A stretch of DNA of 64,000 nucleotides from the NCBI GenBank assembly GCA_964016885.1, contig OZ024743.1:163370001-163434000 (forward strand), written 5' to 3'. This DNA comes from Eledone cirrhosa (lineage: Eukaryota). This document shows positions 62,311-64,000 of the stretch, in pieces; the first letter of the stretch is position 1; the number at the start of each line of letters is the position of its first letter. The notes beneath the pieces were generated by a model. The model was not told where the DNA came from and ran no database searches. It worked only from the letters and a program-made list of their open reading frames with translations. Both the position numbers and the translations under genes were made by a program.

Positions 62311-64000
62311 ATCCCCATAAAGGGGGAAACTTCTGAGGGTCACTCGTGGCGAAAACCACACAAAAGATCACAGCCATCCTGACCACCAGGACAAGCGCCC
62401 TCTCTCAGTTTTCCCACTCCTCAGTCTACAGGCGCATTCTCAGAGCGGGCCCATTCACTCGGACCAGACTTGCCACTTTCACCCACCTTTCAACAAACTT
62501 ACTAGAAGACAGCACTTGCCTCTCCACCCTGATTTTCCTCTTCAAGTGAAACTTGAAAAAGTTAATCAGGGATTGGCCGAAGAGGAAAGTGTCCGTCTTC
62601 AACCCTTTCAACCTTGTCCACAACACAATCTAATTCGCCATGGCCACCAGGCAGATGAAAACTGCCTGCCCTTCCTCCTCTTTAAAAGAGGATGGCGGGA
62701 CTATCTGAACAATGAACTCAGTCAATAACCGGATCTGTCCTACACGCGACAGCAACTGTTCGACATAGCTCCACAAGTCAGCAATCCTTGGGCACTGAAT
62801 GAATGCATGCAGGACGGTTTCGTCGCCCTGCGCGCATCTCGGACAGGCTTGGTTGACAGCACCTCCGTGCCTGTAGAGCTTATCCCGAACCGGCAACACT
62901 CCCCGGTAGCACTGCCAGGCCAGGGATTTCTGGAAGTTGTCCATAGGCCCTGGGCTGAAAGTTCTTTTGAAGAGAGCGAACAGCTGATTGTCTTCGATGC
63001 CCAGGGTCTTCCCGAAAACGTTGTTACTCTTCTCCTCCACTAGCTCTCCATAGAACGCTGAGCTGGATGTTCCACTGTTACTAGTGCCTAGCTGGTAGAG
63101 GGCGGTGAGTGCTTGGAGATATTCCAGTTTCCAAGCGCTATCCCTCGGTCTTTTCCTGATCCAGGACTACAGTTCCGTCAAGGAGACAAGCTGGGGAAAA
63201 GCGCGTCTAGCAAACGCTGACCACACCTGTTCACTGTCAAGGAAGCACCAGAGATGTCGCAGCGTCAGCACATGTTTGCGCATCATCAGCCACAGCATGC
63301 CCAGTCCTCCACGCAATGGGTGCTGACAGCAAATGGATCATCTGACCATGGGAGCACGTCCCTTCCACAAAAAATGGAAGAGTAGGTGCTCCATTTTGGT
63401 CAGAGTTGGGAGCAAGGTATGACGGTCAGGTGGTAGCAGATGATGGACGCGATTTACGCATTCACCACCTCCTCCCGATCTTTCAGAGACAGCTTCCTCT
63501 TGGCCCATTACTGGGTGAGAAAGGCCACCTTGCTCGTCGACTCACTCTGGACCGAACCAGACTCCAAGCAATTTAACCGGTCCTTCCATCCAGCGTCCCA
63601 TGACGCTGTTGGACAGCATTGACTTGCCTCTTCAGGTGCCGAGTTGCAAACCCACTGACATTCCTGGTTTATCTTTGCTCCTGTCACCGCTTCATATTCC
63701 TTGAGAGCGGTGCCAAGCAGCCAGGCACTGGTGGTCGACCCTATCAAATGCTTTAGATTGATTCAAGCTGATCAGGGCCCCACCCGTGCCAGGTTCCTTA
63801 ACCACCCTCTCTATGATGTAATACAAGAGATGGAGGTTGTCGTGGATGGATCTATCTGGAATGGCACATGTCTGCGCCTCTCCCACCAGATCACCGACAA
63901 CAAGCGCCAATCTCTTTGCTACACCTTGGCCAAAATCTTGAACTCTGCGTTTAGCAGAGTTATGGGCCTGAAGTTGTCTATAACGTCCCCCTTTGTTCAG
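62310..64000 (-). mobile_element. Decayed Tx1-clade LINE 3' half, continuing beyond the window
   Basis: ORFs 62630-63040 and 63692-63910 are homologous to ORF 25753-27537. Confidence 0.93.

Overview
AT-rich, microsatellite-dense animal genomic DNA. The SINE, mariner, RTE and Penelope repeat content suggests a coleoid cephalopod (octopus-like); this is an inference. Most of the window is intronic transposon sequence: RTE LINEs with (GAT)n tails, R4/Dong-type RLE LINEs in (TAA)n, Tx1/L1-clade LINEs (one full-length), Penelope remnants with hammerhead-ribozyme motifs, a CRE fragment, a deleted Gypsy element, a solo LTR, a Helitron, a mariner and many SINEs. One host gene on the minus strand, largely missed by the ORF track, runs through the window as six phase-compatible GT-AG exons (59734-59673, 45046-44927, 39572-38997, 20996-20843, 12993-12862, 708-586). 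It encodes a probably secreted protein with a Thr/Glu-rich segment, a furin-like RPRR site, 11-aa QYPAQVPKTGG repeats and three or more PLAC-like 6-Cys modules; its start and stop lie outside the window. Highlights: (1) a perfect-consensus 52-nt GT-AG intron candidate that would fuse ORF1 and ORF2 of the full-length Tx1 element in frame; (2) (AAT)n-microsatellite targeting shared by several retroelement families; (3) an inverted pair of hammerhead motifs in which the copy on the host-transcribed strand is disabled; (4) the repeat/Cys-module host protein. Exon, TSD and motif coordinates were counted by hand. Boundaries of decayed repeats are approximate. No database searches were possible.
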